Part shown: positions 9,388 through 19,717 of the stretch, piece after piece
How positions within the stretch are numbered: position 1 is the first letter of the stretch
How the letters are laid out: every line of letters begins with the position of its first letter
The notes under the pieces: model-generated
What the model was told of the DNA's origin: nothing
The model's input: the letters and a program-made list of their open reading frames with translations, nothing else
Databases searched by the model: none
Position numbers and translations under genes: made by a program
NCBI GenBank assembly: GCA_965203805.1
Contig: OZ241917.1
Span: forward strand, 2,656,001-2,720,000
Direction of reading: 5' to 3'
DNA length: 64,000 bases
Origin: Candidatus Latescibacterota bacterium
GTDB taxonomy: Bacteria; Latescibacterota; UBA2968; GCA-2709665

Positions 9388-10384
9388 AAAACAGAAAACG
9401 ATCGCCGCGCTCCGTGAGGTACGCCGAAAGGGAACGGCATGGCTGCTGGATCATGTGAATGCGGATGGCTCCCTCGGCGATCCGGCGGAAGGATTCCATT
9501 TCTACCGGGCGCCGTGGACGTTTACCATCGCCGGCGAAACCGCAGCGGCAGCGGGAATCTGCAACTGGATCCGGCGGGAGATGTTGACCGGGGAGGGCAC
9601 GATTGAAGGACCGTATCGCGTCTTCGACGACGCGTACGCGTACCGGAATGCCACCCTGATCGCCGGCGCGCATCTCGCGCGGCAGTACGATCTGAGCCAC
9701 GGTCTGATGCGGGATCTCCTGTCGTGGCAGGATCGGGCATCCGGCGGTTTTCACAACGACCGGACGGCCGACGGCGGCATGAGCGACCGCATGGATATAC
9801 CATACGCGTGCGGTCCGGGGCTGGCGTGCCTGGCGACGGGACGCCTGGACATCGCGCGAACGGTTCATGGGTTTCTGCGGCGGATGTACTCGGCGCAGAC
9901 GGAGCTGCCCGACCGGTTCTGCTACGCCTGGTCGTGCGAGGATGGCGGCGCGATCACGGAATTCCCGGAAAACGAAGCCTTCTGGCACGTGGTGGAAAAC
10001 CGCTTGGACCGGCCGCAACGCTGGACCGTGGGGGGCATCGCAGCCGGGTTTCTGTGCAGGTTGTACCTGGCGGACCCGCGCGCCGAAACCCTGGCGCTCG
10101 CCCGGAAGTACCAGGCTTTTTCGATGGCGGCGACGGACGCACAGTTCAAGTACGCGCAGGCCTGCAAGAGCAGCTGGGGCGGCGCGCTTCTGTATCAGGT
10201 GACCGGCGAACGGGAGTACCTGGACTGGTCAATTCGCATGGCCGATTGGTACATGCAGACCCAGCGGAGCGATGGGTGCTGGCACTGGGAGGGTTACCTG
10301 ACATTGGGGTCGCGAATCGAACTGACGCTGGAGTTTGTGATGCACGTGGACACGCTGATCGGCGGTCTGGCGGCCAGGAAGTGA
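9380..10384 (+). CDS. Alpha/alpha-toroid protein with prenyltransferase/squalene-cyclase-like QW repeats
   Basis: WLLDHVNADGS, WQDRASGGF and WYMQTQRSDGCW repeats; overlaps the upstream stop codon. Confidence 0.55.
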   Translation: MDEKQKTIAALREVRRKGTAWLLDHVNADGSLGDPAEGFHFYRAPWTFTIAGETAAAAGICNWIRREMLTGEGTIEGPYRVFDDAYAYRNATLIAGAHLARQYDLSHGLMRDLLSWQDRASGGFHNDRTADGGMSDRMDIPYACGPGLACLATGRLDIARTVHGFLRRMYSAQTELPDRFCYAWSCEDGGAITEFPENEAFWHVVENRLDRPQRWTVGGIAAGFLCRLYLADPRAETLALARKYQAFSMAATDAQFKYAQACKSSWGGALLYQVTGEREYLDWSIRMADWYMQTQRSDGCWHWEGYLTLGSRIELTLEFVMHVDTLIGGLAARK

Positions 10385-10396
10385 GGAGGATGCTTC

Positions 10397-11410
10397 GTGC
10401 GTGTTCTTGTGACCGGGGCGACCGGTCGAATCGGTCGGCACCTCACGCGCGCACTGATGGCAAAGGGGCACGAGGTTCGGGCGCTGGTGATGCCGAACGA
10501 CCGCGGGGCGGCGTGTCCGCCACCCCGCGTCGAGGTCGTATACGGGCGTCTCGAGGCGCCCACCTCGCTTGGAACCGCCGTCGATGGCGTGGACGCCGTG
10601 TTCCACCTGGCCGGCGCGCTGACGTCGCGAGGACGTCCCGAGGAAGAATTCGTCCGGGTGAACGTCGAGGGCACGTATCATTTGCTGAAAGCAATCCGCG
10701 ACCGGGCGCGTTTGCCGGCTCACTTCGTTTACGCCAGCAGCGACGCCGTCTATTTCGAAGGACAGGACGCGGACGCCCGGTACCTGCCCGTGGATGAAGA
10801 CCATCCCCGGCTTTCCGGAACGGTTTACGGCGCCAGCAAGATCGGCGCGGAGGAACTCTGCCTGAGCTTCAGCCGCGGCTTTGGGATCCCGGTGACGATC
10901 CTGCGATTCGGCGCAACGGCGGACGCCGCGGAACTCATCGATCCGAAGAGTGTATTCGCGCGCTGGTTGTTTCTGAACGCGGCGATTGAACACGCCAGGA
11001 CATCGGCTGCGGAGAACGGCGCGCGGTCGAAGACGCTGGCGGCGTTGGCAGCACTGCATTCCGGACGGGAACAGCTGGTCGTTTTGGCCGATCGCCGCGG
11101 CAACGCCGAAGTCCGACAGTGGGCGGATGCGCGCGATATCGCCGCGGGGTGTATCCGCGTACTGGGAACAACAGCGGCGGTGGGACAGGTATTCAATCTC
11201 GGAGGGCGCGGTCCGCACAGCGCCGGGGAGTTCGTAGAGTTCCTTGCCGCGCGATTGGAATTGCCGCACGTCACGGCCTGTATTCCAACCGCGCGAAGGC
11301 CGTGGTATATCACCAGCGACAAAGCGAAACGACTGCTGGGCTATGAAGCCCGTTACACGGTGTACGATATGGTGGACGACGCAATTCGGATGCGGGAGGC
11401 CTCGCTGTGA
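10397..11410 (+). CDS. NAD-dependent epimerase/dehydratase
   Basis: VLVTGATGRIG; FHLAG; ASSDAVY; YGASK catalytic motif. Confidence 0.9.
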   Translation: MRVLVTGATGRIGRHLTRALMAKGHEVRALVMPNDRGAACPPPRVEVVYGRLEAPTSLGTAVDGVDAVFHLAGALTSRGRPEEEFVRVNVEGTYHLLKAIRDRARLPAHFVYASSDAVYFEGQDADARYLPVDEDHPRLSGTVYGASKIGAEELCLSFSRGFGIPVTILRFGATADAAELIDPKSVFARWLFLNAAIEHARTSAAENGARSKTLAALAALHSGREQLVVLADRRGNAEVRQWADARDIAAGCIRVLGTTAAVGQVFNLGGRGPHSAGEFVEFLAARLELPHVTACIPTARRPWYITSDKAKRLLGYEARYTVYDMVDDAIRMREASL

Positions 11411-12177
11411 CGCTTGCGTGCTGCGTATGGGCGATTGAGGGGTCCGAAAACGGGATCCTGTCGCGCGCGGCCTCGCTGGGGTTCGAGTGGATCGACGTGC
11501 GGCCGTTCGCGTTTTCATCGGCGGAAGCCCGCCTGTGGATCGGGGAACACGGACTCTCGGTGTCCTGCGTCGCGGCATCCTTCGGCGTACCGGAAGACGC
11601 GCTACTGGGCAGTACCGACCCGGAATCCGCGACAAGGGCCGCAAGCTGTCTCGATCGCGCGCTGGACTTCGCCGCCGGCCACGGCGCGACCGCGGCGTAC
11701 GTTGTTCCGGAACGGGACCCGATGCTTCTGGACCGCTATGCGCCGAAACTGGCGGAGGCGGCCGGACGGGCCGGAGAACTGGGCGTTCGGTTGTGCGTGG
11801 AACACTTCCCGGACAGCGCGCTGCCCACCGCCTGCGAAACGATCGCGTTCCTGCGGGACGTGGGCCATCCGAATCTTTTCCTCCTGCTGGATATCGGTCA
11901 CGCACAGATGTCCGGAGAAAATCCGGCAGCGGTCATTTCCGACGCAGGATCCATGCTGGGTTACGTCCATCTGGACGACAATGACGGATCGCGCGATTTA
12001 CACCTGGCGTTGACGGACGGCGTGCTGACCGAGGCGGCACTGGGCGATGCCGTCGCCGCGTTGAGGGATATCGGCTATCGCGGCGCATTGAGCCTGGAGC
12101 TGAATCCGGAACTGCCGGATCCCGCCGATGCGCTCAGGCGCAGCCGGGAGATCGCCCTTCGGGCGATTCATGGATAG
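11407..12177 (+). CDS. Sugar-phosphate isomerase/epimerase (xylose-isomerase-like TIM barrel)
   Basis: LCVEH; LLDIGH; VHLDDN; GYRG.LSLE metal-binding pattern; GTGA overlap with upstream gene. Confidence 0.85.
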   Translation: MTLACCVWAIEGSENGILSRAASLGFEWIDVRPFAFSSAEARLWIGEHGLSVSCVAASFGVPEDALLGSTDPESATRAASCLDRALDFAAGHGATAAYVVPERDPMLLDRYAPKLAEAAGRAGELGVRLCVEHFPDSALPTACETIAFLRDVGHPNLFLLLDIGHAQMSGENPAAVISDAGSMLGYVHLDDNDGSRDLHLALTDGVLTEAALGDAVAALRDIGYRGALSLELNPELPDPADALRRSREIALRAIHG

Positions 12178-12250
12178 CCTCTGCATCCCGGCGAGACGCA
12201 GATGAAAAGAGGGAATCATATCGGGTACAACTACCGGGAGGAAGGGCCGA

Positions 12251-13357
12251 ATGCGGATTGAGAGTACGAAAGTCTACATGTATCGAGTGGGGATTACCGG
12301 TAACGTCGCGCCTTTCGAGGCGTACAGAAACCTGGCGCTCGAAGCGCTGAGAATTGCCAGTTTCACGCTCCCGGAAGAGGGGAAAGTACTGCTCAAGCCC
12401 AATGCGACTGTGCTGTTTCCCGCAGAAAAACGAATCGTGACCCACCCCGGCTTCCTGGCGGGCATGGCCGACGCGCTCGTGGAGAAAGGCGTCGACGCCC
12501 GCCGGCTGGTGGTCGCGGACGGACAGTCCGGCGAGCAGCCCGAAGCCGGCAATACGTGGCGTGGCGCCGGGTACACGAAGATGGCGGACGACAGAAAGCT
12601 GGCGTTGACCGAATTGAACGACCGGCCGAGCAGGTCGGTCCCTGTGCCCGGCGGCGAGGTATTTGAGGCCTATCCGATCTATCGGGACGTGACGGACTGC
12701 GCGTTCTTTTTCAACGTGCCGCTGGCAAAGTGCCACAACCTGGGATGTACGACGCTGGCCATCAAGAACCTGATGGGAATCCTGGCGCGGCCGGAGCGCC
12801 ATCTGTGTCATATTCAGGAAGTCGACCGGCCGTATGAAAGCGAAATCTGGAGGTTGACCGGCAGCGGACTGAGTCTTTTCGAGGACCGGTTCTACCACAA
12901 ATTGTGCGACCTGGTGGCCGCCCTGCGCTCCCTGAATATCCCGCGGCTCTGCATGGTCGACGGGCTCGTCGGACGAGATGGAACCGCGTTCAACGAGGGG
13001 GAGAATTATCCGCTTGGGTGGACGTTGATCGGCGAGAACGAGGTGCACGTCGATGCCGTTGCGACCTATCTGATGGGACTGGATCCCGGGAAAACGCCCT
13101 ATCTGAAATTCGCCGCCGCGCGCGGCCTGGGCTGCAGCCGGGTTGAAGAGATCGAAGTGGTGGACCTGGCCGGCGGTGAATCCATGGATATGCAGACGCT
13201 GGCGGACGTCCGATCGGGCAAGATCCTGATGCCTATCGCGCGTTGCGAGGGCGGCTATTACAATCGCTATCGGGCCGACGGTTCCGTCGTTCCCTGGCGG
13301 ATTGACGACGTAAATCAACAGAGGCTTGCCGACGGCCTCGATGCGATTGCCGTGTAG
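12251..13357 (+). CDS. DUF362 domain-containing protein
   Basis: VLLKPN; THP; NVPLAKCH; TTLAIKNLMG; VDGLVGRDG; VDAVATYLMG. Confidence 0.8.
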   Translation: MRIESTKVYMYRVGITGNVAPFEAYRNLALEALRIASFTLPEEGKVLLKPNATVLFPAEKRIVTHPGFLAGMADALVEKGVDARRLVVADGQSGEQPEAGNTWRGAGYTKMADDRKLALTELNDRPSRSVPVPGGEVFEAYPIYRDVTDCAFFFNVPLAKCHNLGCTTLAIKNLMGILARPERHLCHIQEVDRPYESEIWRLTGSGLSLFEDRFYHKLCDLVAALRSLNIPRLCMVDGLVGRDGTAFNEGENYPLGWTLIGENEVHVDAVATYLMGLDPGKTPYLKFAAARGLGCSRVEEIEVVDLAGGESMDMQTLADVRSGKILMPIARCEGGYYNRYRADGSVVPWRIDDVNQQRLADGLDAIAV

Positions 13358-13382
13358 CGTAAGGAACTGCAGCGAGAAAAGG

Positions 13383-15749
13383 ATGAACCGGACGAACGCA
13401 ACAACCGGGTACCGGATGCCGCCGGAAGAAATCGCTGCGCTGCTGGACGCGCCGCGCACGCCGGACGTCAGCGTCGACCCCAACGGGCGTTGGATCCTGA
13501 TGCTCGCGAAACCGGGCCTGCCGCCCATCTCCGATTTGGCGCGGCCGGAGTTGCGGCTGGCGGGCCTGCGTATCGACCCGGAGGCCAACGGTCCGAGCCG
13601 CTCGGGGTATTATACGGGAATGGTGCTGTTACGGATTTCGGACGGCATGGAACGCCCGGTGAAGGGTTTGCCGAAAGACGTCCGCATCGGGCGCTCGCGA
13701 TGGGCGCCGGACGGAAGTCGTGTTGCGTTTACGGTGCGAGACAGTGCGGGGATCCGGCTGTGGTGGGTCGAAGTGGCGTCGGGCGCGGCGAGGCAGGTGT
13801 CCAATATCCGCTTGAACGGCGTTTTGGGCGCGCCGTTCGCCTGGATCCCGTCCGGGCGGGGACGCGGACTTTCCCTGGTCGTCCGGGCTGTTCCGGAAGA
13901 CCGGGGTAAAATTCCCGAAGCGCCGATGTTACCCTCAGGTCCCGAGATCCGGGAGAACTCCGGGCAGTCGGCGCCGTCGCGGACCTGGCAGGACCTGTTG
14001 GAAGGGGCGCACGACGAGGCGCTCTTCGAATACTATGCGACATCCCGGATTGTGGTGCTGACCACGGACGGAAACGAACGGGAGGTCGGACCGCCGGGAA
14101 TCATTCGCCGGGCCGAGCCGGCGCCGGGTGGCGCCTATCTGTTGGTGGAGACCCTCCACCGGCCGTTTTCATACCTGGTACCGCACCATCGATTTCCTGT
14201 GCGTGTTGAAGTGTGGAGCCTGGACGGGCGGATAATTCGCGAACTGGTCGACGCGCCCCTGGCGGAAAACGTGCCCATCGCGTTCGACGCCGTGCGCGAG
14301 GGCCCTCGCGCGTTCCGGTGGCGCAACGACGTCGAGGCGACGGTGTGCTGGGTGGAGGCGCAGGATGGCGGCGATCCGTCCGTTGCGGCAAACGTACGGG
14401 ACCGCGTATACGCGCTTTCCGAGCCTTTCGATCGCGCACCGGAAATGTTGCGGTCTCTCGAGTTCCGGTTCGCCGGGTTGACGTGGGGAGACGGCGCGAC
14501 TGCGCTCGTAGCCGAGCGCTGGTGGAAGACCCGCCGGACCAGGACCTGGCGGTTTTCCCCGGACGATGAATCCAACGGCCGCGAGCTGCTCTTCGACCGG
14601 TCGTGGGAAGACCGTTACGGTGATCCGGGTACGCCGCTGTTGACGTCAAATTCCGCGGGGCGGCGGGTGTTGTTGACGGGCGCCGGCGGCCGGCATCTCT
14701 TCCTGGCCGGCGGCGGGGCATCTCCGGAGGGTGAGTTCCCGTTCCTGGACCGGCTCGACCTGCAAACGAACTCGACGAAGCGGTTGTGGCAATGCCAATC
14801 CCCGTACTATGAGCAGCCTGTCAGATTGATCGATGAGCCCGACGGTCTTTTGTTGACGCTGCGTGAGTCGGCCGAAAGGCCGCCGAACGTGTTCTTGCGA
14901 TCGTTGAAGACACAAGACATCCGGCAGATAACGGCGTTTCCACACCCCGCGCCGCAGCTGTCGGACGTGCGGAAGGAAATCATCCAATACCGTCGGGCGG
15001 ACGGGACCGGCCTGAACGGCACCCTTTATCTGCCGCCCGGGTATTCCTGCGGGCAGGGTCCGCTGCCCCTGCTGATCTGGGCCTATCCGCGCGAATTCAA
15101 GAGTGCCGATGCGGCCGCGCAGGTGAAAGGCTCTCCGAACAGGTTCAACCACGTGTCCTGGACGTCGCCTCTGCCCTGGTTGACGCAGGGGTACGCGGTC
15201 CTTGACGGCCCCTCCATGCCGATTGTGGAAACAGACGGCGCGGAAGCCAACGATACGTACGTAACGCAACTCGTATCCAGCGCCCGCGCGGCGGTGGAGG
15301 AAGTCGTGCGCCGTGGTGTTGCGGACCGTAACCGCATTGCGATCGGCGGACATTCCTACGGCGGGTTTATGACGGCCAATCTCCTCGCACATTCCGATCT
15401 GTTCAAGGCGGGAATCGCCCGGAGCGGTGCATACAACCGCACGCTGACGCCGTTTGGCTTTCAGTCTGAAGAGCGTACGCTGTGGCAGGCGCCGGATGTA
15501 TATGCCGCGATGTCCGCATTCATGCATGCCGACAGGATCAAGGCGCCTCTGTTGTTGATTCATGGGCAGGCCGACAACAATTCCGGGACGTTTCCGATGC
15601 AGAGCGAACGGCTGTACAATGCGCTGAAGGGTCACGGCGCGACAACCCGCCTGGTGATGCTGCCCCACGAGAGCCACGGCTACAGCGCGCGGGAGTCGGT
15701 GATGCACGTACTCTGGGAAATGACCGAATGGCTCGCCCGCCACCTGTGA
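13383..15749 (+). CDS. S9 prolyl oligopeptidase family peptidase
   Basis: Beta-propeller N-terminus; GHSYGG nucleophile; IHGQADNN (Asp); PHESH (His). Confidence 0.9.
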   Translation: MNRTNATTGYRMPPEEIAALLDAPRTPDVSVDPNGRWILMLAKPGLPPISDLARPELRLAGLRIDPEANGPSRSGYYTGMVLLRISDGMERPVKGLPKDVRIGRSRWAPDGSRVAFTVRDSAGIRLWWVEVASGAARQVSNIRLNGVLGAPFAWIPSGRGRGLSLVVRAVPEDRGKIPEAPMLPSGPEIRENSGQSAPSRTWQDLLEGAHDEALFEYYATSRIVVLTTDGNEREVGPPGIIRRAEPAPGGAYLLVETLHRPFSYLVPHHRFPVRVEVWSLDGRIIRELVDAPLAENVPIAFDAVREGPRAFRWRNDVEATVCWVEAQDGGDPSVAANVRDRVYALSEPFDRAPEMLRSLEFRFAGLTWGDGATALVAERWWKTRRTRTWRFSPDDESNGRELLFDRSWEDRYGDPGTPLLTSNSAGRRVLLTGAGGRHLFLAGGGASPEGEFPFLDRLDLQTNSTKRLWQCQSPYYEQPVRLIDEPDGLLLTLRESAERPPNVFLRSLKTQDIRQITAFPHPAPQLSDVRKEIIQYRRADGTGLNGTLYLPPGYSCGQGPLPLLIWAYPREFKSADAAAQVKGSPNRFNHVSWTSPLPWLTQGYAVLDGPSMPIVETDGAEANDTYVTQLVSSARAAVEEVVRRGVADRNRIAIGGHSYGGFMTANLLAHSDLFKAGIARSGAYNRTLTPFGFQSEERTLWQAPDVYAAMSAFMHADRIKAPLLLIHGQADNNSGTFPMQSERLYNALKGHGATTRLVMLPHESHGYSARESVMHVLWEMTEWLARHL

Positions 15750-15786
15750 GATTTCATGAAGGCGACGCGAAAGAAGGACGACATCA

Positions 15787-17202
15787 ATGGCGAAGGGAAA
15801 TCCGACAGCGAAGGGATCTTCAGGTCCGATTCAGATGCCGGTCATCGGCGGCCTCCGGTCGTTGCTGGGTGATCGTATAAGAACGGACGAGGATATCCGG
15901 GAAGCCCACGCGGGGGACGCTTCGTATCACAGGCCCCGGTTGCCGGATGCGGTGGTCTTTCCCGTCTGCAACGAGGAAGTGTCGAAGATTCTCAAGCTCT
16001 GTGCCCGGTACCGGACACCCGTCGTGCCATTCGGGACGGGGACGGCCGTGGAAGGCGGAATCGTCGCCGTTCAGGGCGGCGTATGTATCGACATGAGGCG
16101 TATGAATCGTATCGTGAGGGTTGGCAACGCGGACCTGGACGCGACGGTGGAGGCGGGGGTAACGCGAAAGCAACTCAACCGGCATCTGGCGGGGGCGGCG
16201 ACGGGACTCTACTTTCCTGTGGATCCGGGAGCAGATGCTTCGCTGGGCGGCATGACCGCGACCCGGGCGTCCGGCAGCGCGGCCGTGGGATACGGAACGA
16301 TGAGGGAAAATGTCCTGGGTCTGACGGCCGTACTTGCCGACGGGAGCATCGTCCGCGCCGGCGGACGGGCGAGGAAGTCGTCCGCCGGTTACGACCTGGC
16401 GCATTTGTTCGTCGGATCCGAGGGCACGCTGGGTGTCATTACTGAAGTGACGTTGAAACTGGCAAGGGTTCCCGAGGCGGTTTCCGCGGCGGTCTGTGCG
16501 TTTCCTGAAATTTCGTCGGCGGTAAATGCGGTTATTGAAATGATGTCGGCGGGAACTGAAATGGCGCGAATCGAGCTTCTTGACGAAGTTCAGATGGGTG
16601 CAATCAACGCGTATTCAGGCTTTGACTACAGGGTGGCGCCAACCCTGTTTTTCGAGTTTCACGGTTCCGAGTCGTTCGTTGCCGAGCGCGTGGCAGCGGC
16701 CAGGCCGGTTGCGGACAGGCACGGCGGCGAAGATTTCCGATGGGCGACCAGAACGAAAGAACGCGACCGCCTCTGGCAGGCGAGGCACGACGCCTATTAC
16801 GCGTCACAGACCATGCGGCCGGGTTCTGTGGGATATGTGACGGACGTTTGCGTTCCGGTTTCAAGACTTGCGGATTGTATTCTCAGAACCAAAGAAGAAT
16901 TGAAGGCTTCGACACTGATTGCGCCCCTGTTCGGACACGTCGGCGACGGGAACTTTCATGTCGTCTTCCTCATCGATCCTGATCGGCCCGAAGAGCTTGC
17001 CGAAGCGCGTCAATTCGGCGAACGCATCGTGGAATTCGCCCTGGAAATGGGTGGAACATGCACGGGTGAGCACGGAATTGGAATGGGCAAACTGGCGGCC
17101 CTTGAGCAGGAACATGGCAACGGGGTGCAGGTCATGCGGGCAATCAAGAAAGCGCTGGACCCGCTCAATATTATGAATCCGGGAAAGGTCGTGAAGATTT
17201 GA
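15787..17202 (+). CDS. FAD-linked oxidase (D-lactate dehydrogenase/GlcD family)
   Basis: PFGTGT..EG; GSEGTLGVITE; GHVGDGNFH; GEHGIG; DP.NIMNPGK. Confidence 0.9.
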   Translation: MAKGNPTAKGSSGPIQMPVIGGLRSLLGDRIRTDEDIREAHAGDASYHRPRLPDAVVFPVCNEEVSKILKLCARYRTPVVPFGTGTAVEGGIVAVQGGVCIDMRRMNRIVRVGNADLDATVEAGVTRKQLNRHLAGAATGLYFPVDPGADASLGGMTATRASGSAAVGYGTMRENVLGLTAVLADGSIVRAGGRARKSSAGYDLAHLFVGSEGTLGVITEVTLKLARVPEAVSAAVCAFPEISSAVNAVIEMMSAGTEMARIELLDEVQMGAINAYSGFDYRVAPTLFFEFHGSESFVAERVAAARPVADRHGGEDFRWATRTKERDRLWQARHDAYYASQTMRPGSVGYVTDVCVPVSRLADCILRTKEELKASTLIAPLFGHVGDGNFHVVFLIDPDRPEELAEARQFGERIVEFALEMGGTCTGEHGIGMGKLAALEQEHGNGVQVMRAIKKALDPLNIMNPGKVVKI

Positions 17203-17232
17203 GTCTGGATATGCCAAACAAAAAACCATCGA

Positions 17233-17314
17233 AACTGAATAAATATTCTTGACTTTCCAATTTTTTTTGGTATTATTCGAATAATACTCCGATTTAATGG
17301 AATATTAATTCATG
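17233..17314 (+). promoter_or_regulatory. arg operon promoter with ARG boxes
   Basis: ARG-box-like AACTGAATAAATATTCTT (17233-17250) and ATGGAATATTAATTCATG (17297-17314); TTGACT-16bp-TATTAT (17249-17276); directly upstream of argR. Confidence 0.75.
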
Positions 17315-17776
17315 AATGAAAAACAGGAACGGCAGCGGCGCATTCTCGACGTCATCGCTTCACGTGCAATCGGGACCCAACGGGCGCTAAGCGACGCGCT
17401 CAGAGTTGCGGGAATATCCACCACACAGTCCACGCTCTCGAAAGACTTGAAACAATTGGGCATCGTAAAATCGCCCGACAACGCCGGAGGCTTTCGCTAT
17501 CAGGCGCCCGCCGACGGGTCAACTCCGTATGGAAGCGGATCGGATCTGCTCGCGAGGGAGTTGAAGGATTTCGTCGTCGAAACGGACGGGGCGGGGCATA
17601 CGCTGGTGTTGAAGACGATTACCGGTCACGCGCAGGGCGTGTGCGAAGCCATCGACCGGGCCGGTTGGACCGAGGTCGTGGGTACGATTGCGGGAGAAAA
17701 CACGATCTTCATCCTGTGCCGGTCCGTGGAAAAGCGAGAACTGCTGAGGGAGCGGATACTTGAGATTTCTCAATGA
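17312..17776 (+). CDS. argR: Arginine repressor
   Basis: TQ..L; TQSTLSKDLKQLG wHTH; VVGTIAGENTIF. Confidence 0.95.
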   Translation: MNEKQERQRRILDVIASRAIGTQRALSDALRVAGISTTQSTLSKDLKQLGIVKSPDNAGGFRYQAPADGSTPYGSGSDLLARELKDFVVETDGAGHTLVLKTITGHAQGVCEAIDRAGWTEVVGTIAGENTIFILCRSVEKRELLRERILEISQ

Positions 17777-17794
17777 CGTCGCCGGAGGATTCGC

Positions 17795-18739
17795 GTGTCT
17801 CTGAAAGTCGGCATTTTCGGCGATACAGGGATGGTCGGCCAGGAAATCGAACGGGTCCTGTCGCATCACGACCGTGCGGAAGTCGTCTTTCGGCAGAATT
17901 CCAGGCGCCGGCAGGGGACCGTGCACGAGTGTGACCTCGTATTCCTGGCGACAAAAGACCCGGAATCCATGCAGTTCGCGCCGCAGGCGCTGCAGGAAGG
18001 CGCAAGAGTCATCGATATGAGCGGCGCGTTCCGGTTGCCGAGGCGGCTGTTCGAAGCGGGCTACGGGCTGGAACACCGCTCGCCGGAATTGCTCGAAGAG
18101 GCGGTCTACGGGATGCCCGCGCTGTTCTCCGACCGGATCGGCGGCGCACGGCTGGTCGGCAATCCGGGCTGTTACCCAACCGGCGTCATTCTGGCTCTGA
18201 AGCCGCTGATGGGCATGGTGCAAGGGGAAGCGACGATTGTGGCGACGTCGGGAAATTCGGGGGCCCGGAGGGACGTGGAGCCGGAACCTGACGAAGTCAC
18301 CTACAGTTTCGGCCGGCGACACAGGCATGTGCCGGAGATGGAATATTACTCCGGGTTTCGCGTGAATTTCACGCCGATCGTTCTGAGGTCGGTATTCGCG
18401 GGCATCAATGCCAATATACGGATTGAACTGGTTGAAAGCCTGAAGTCGGTCTCCGCGCGTGAAACAGGCAGGCGGCTGGTCGAGGCCATCGCTTCCGCGT
18501 ATACCGAAGAAGACCTGGTCTGTCCCGTTGAGGATACCGATGACAGGCAATGGGGCACGCGCGACGTCGTAGGCACGCACCGGTTGGCAATCAAGGTGGG
18601 CGTGGACGACGGGTTTGCCTACATCTGCGCGATGGAAGACAACCTGGGCAAGGGCGCAGCCAGCCAGGCGGTGGAGAACATGAACCTGATGTGCGGTCTT
18701 CCCAGACTCTATGGAATTGACGGGGCGTACAGCACGTGA
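17795..18739 (+). CDS. argC: N-acetyl-gamma-glutamyl-phosphate reductase
   Basis: IDMSGAFRL; AVYGMP; GNPGCY; HRHVPEM; DNLGKGAASQAVENMN. Confidence 0.92.
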   Translation: MSLKVGIFGDTGMVGQEIERVLSHHDRAEVVFRQNSRRRQGTVHECDLVFLATKDPESMQFAPQALQEGARVIDMSGAFRLPRRLFEAGYGLEHRSPELLEEAVYGMPALFSDRIGGARLVGNPGCYPTGVILALKPLMGMVQGEATIVATSGNSGARRDVEPEPDEVTYSFGRRHRHVPEMEYYSGFRVNFTPIVLRSVFAGINANIRIELVESLKSVSARETGRRLVEAIASAYTEEDLVCPVEDTDDRQWGTRDVVGTHRLAIKVGVDDGFAYICAMEDNLGKGAASQAVENMNLMCGLPRLYGIDGAYST

Positions 18740-18786
18740 TGAGCCGCCGGTTCAAGCCGCGCCGCGCGGAATTGAAGGATTGTGCG

Positions 18787-19665
18787 ATGGAGCAATTCAT
18801 CCAGAAAGCCGCCACGCTGGTTGAGGCGTTTCCCTATATCCGGTCGTTTCGGGACAAGATCGTCGTTGTGAAATACGGGGGCAGCACCCAGCCGGACGAC
18901 GGCGGATCGGACACGATTCTGGCGGACCTGGTCTTTATGGAAACGGTTGGGATGCGACCGGTGGTCGTGCACGGCGGCGGCAAGGAGATCAGCAGACGCC
19001 TGGACGACGCGGGCCTGGAGTCGAAGTGGATCAACGGATTGCGGGTTACGGACGCGGCTTCGATGCAGGTGGTTGAAGACACCCTGTTCGGCGTGGTCAA
19101 CAGACGGATTGTCGAGGGTATCCGGTCGCTGGACGGTTGCGCATTCGGGATGTCGGCGAAGGAAGCCGGCGTGATGCACGTCAGGAAACACGATGCGCGG
19201 GCAGCCTCCGATGGAAAGCCGGTGGACATCGGATTCGTTGGCGACGTACGCCGGGTGAATCCGGAACCGGTCCGACGGGCATGCCTGGAAGAGACGATTC
19301 CGGTGATCGCACCGATCGGCCTGGGTCCCGACGGCAGGAGTTACAACGTGAACGCGGACACGGCCGCGGGAGAAATCGCGCGGACGCTGGAGGCGGAGAA
19401 GCTGGTTTTCCTGACGGACGTCAATGGCATTTTGAGAGACAGCGCCGATCCGGAATCCAGAATTTCCACGTTGCACGTCGACGACGTGGAGAGCCTCATT
19501 CAGGACGGTACGGCAAGAGGAGGGATGATTCCGAAGCTTCAGGCTTGTGTGCGTTCCGTGAGAGGGGGCGTGAAGAAAACCCATATCATCGACGGACGGG
19601 TCCCGCACGCGTTGCTGCTCGAAGTCTTTACGCGTGAGGGGATCGGTACCGAGATTGTTCAATGA
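18787..19665 (+). CDS. argB: Acetylglutamate kinase
   Basis: EAFPYI; VVKYGG; VHGGGKEI; GLRVTD; NVNAD; GGMIPKL. Confidence 0.95.
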   Translation: MEQFIQKAATLVEAFPYIRSFRDKIVVVKYGGSTQPDDGGSDTILADLVFMETVGMRPVVVHGGGKEISRRLDDAGLESKWINGLRVTDAASMQVVEDTLFGVVNRRIVEGIRSLDGCAFGMSAKEAGVMHVRKHDARAASDGKPVDIGFVGDVRRVNPEPVRRACLEETIPVIAPIGLGPDGRSYNVNADTAAGEIARTLEAEKLVFLTDVNGILRDSADPESRISTLHVDDVESLIQDGTARGGMIPKLQACVRSVRGGVKKTHIIDGRVPHALLLEVFTREGIGTEIVQ

Positions 19666-19717
19666 ACCGGCGACGCGGTCAGGGTCGCACGCAGGAAACC
19701 CAACCAACCGGGAGTGG

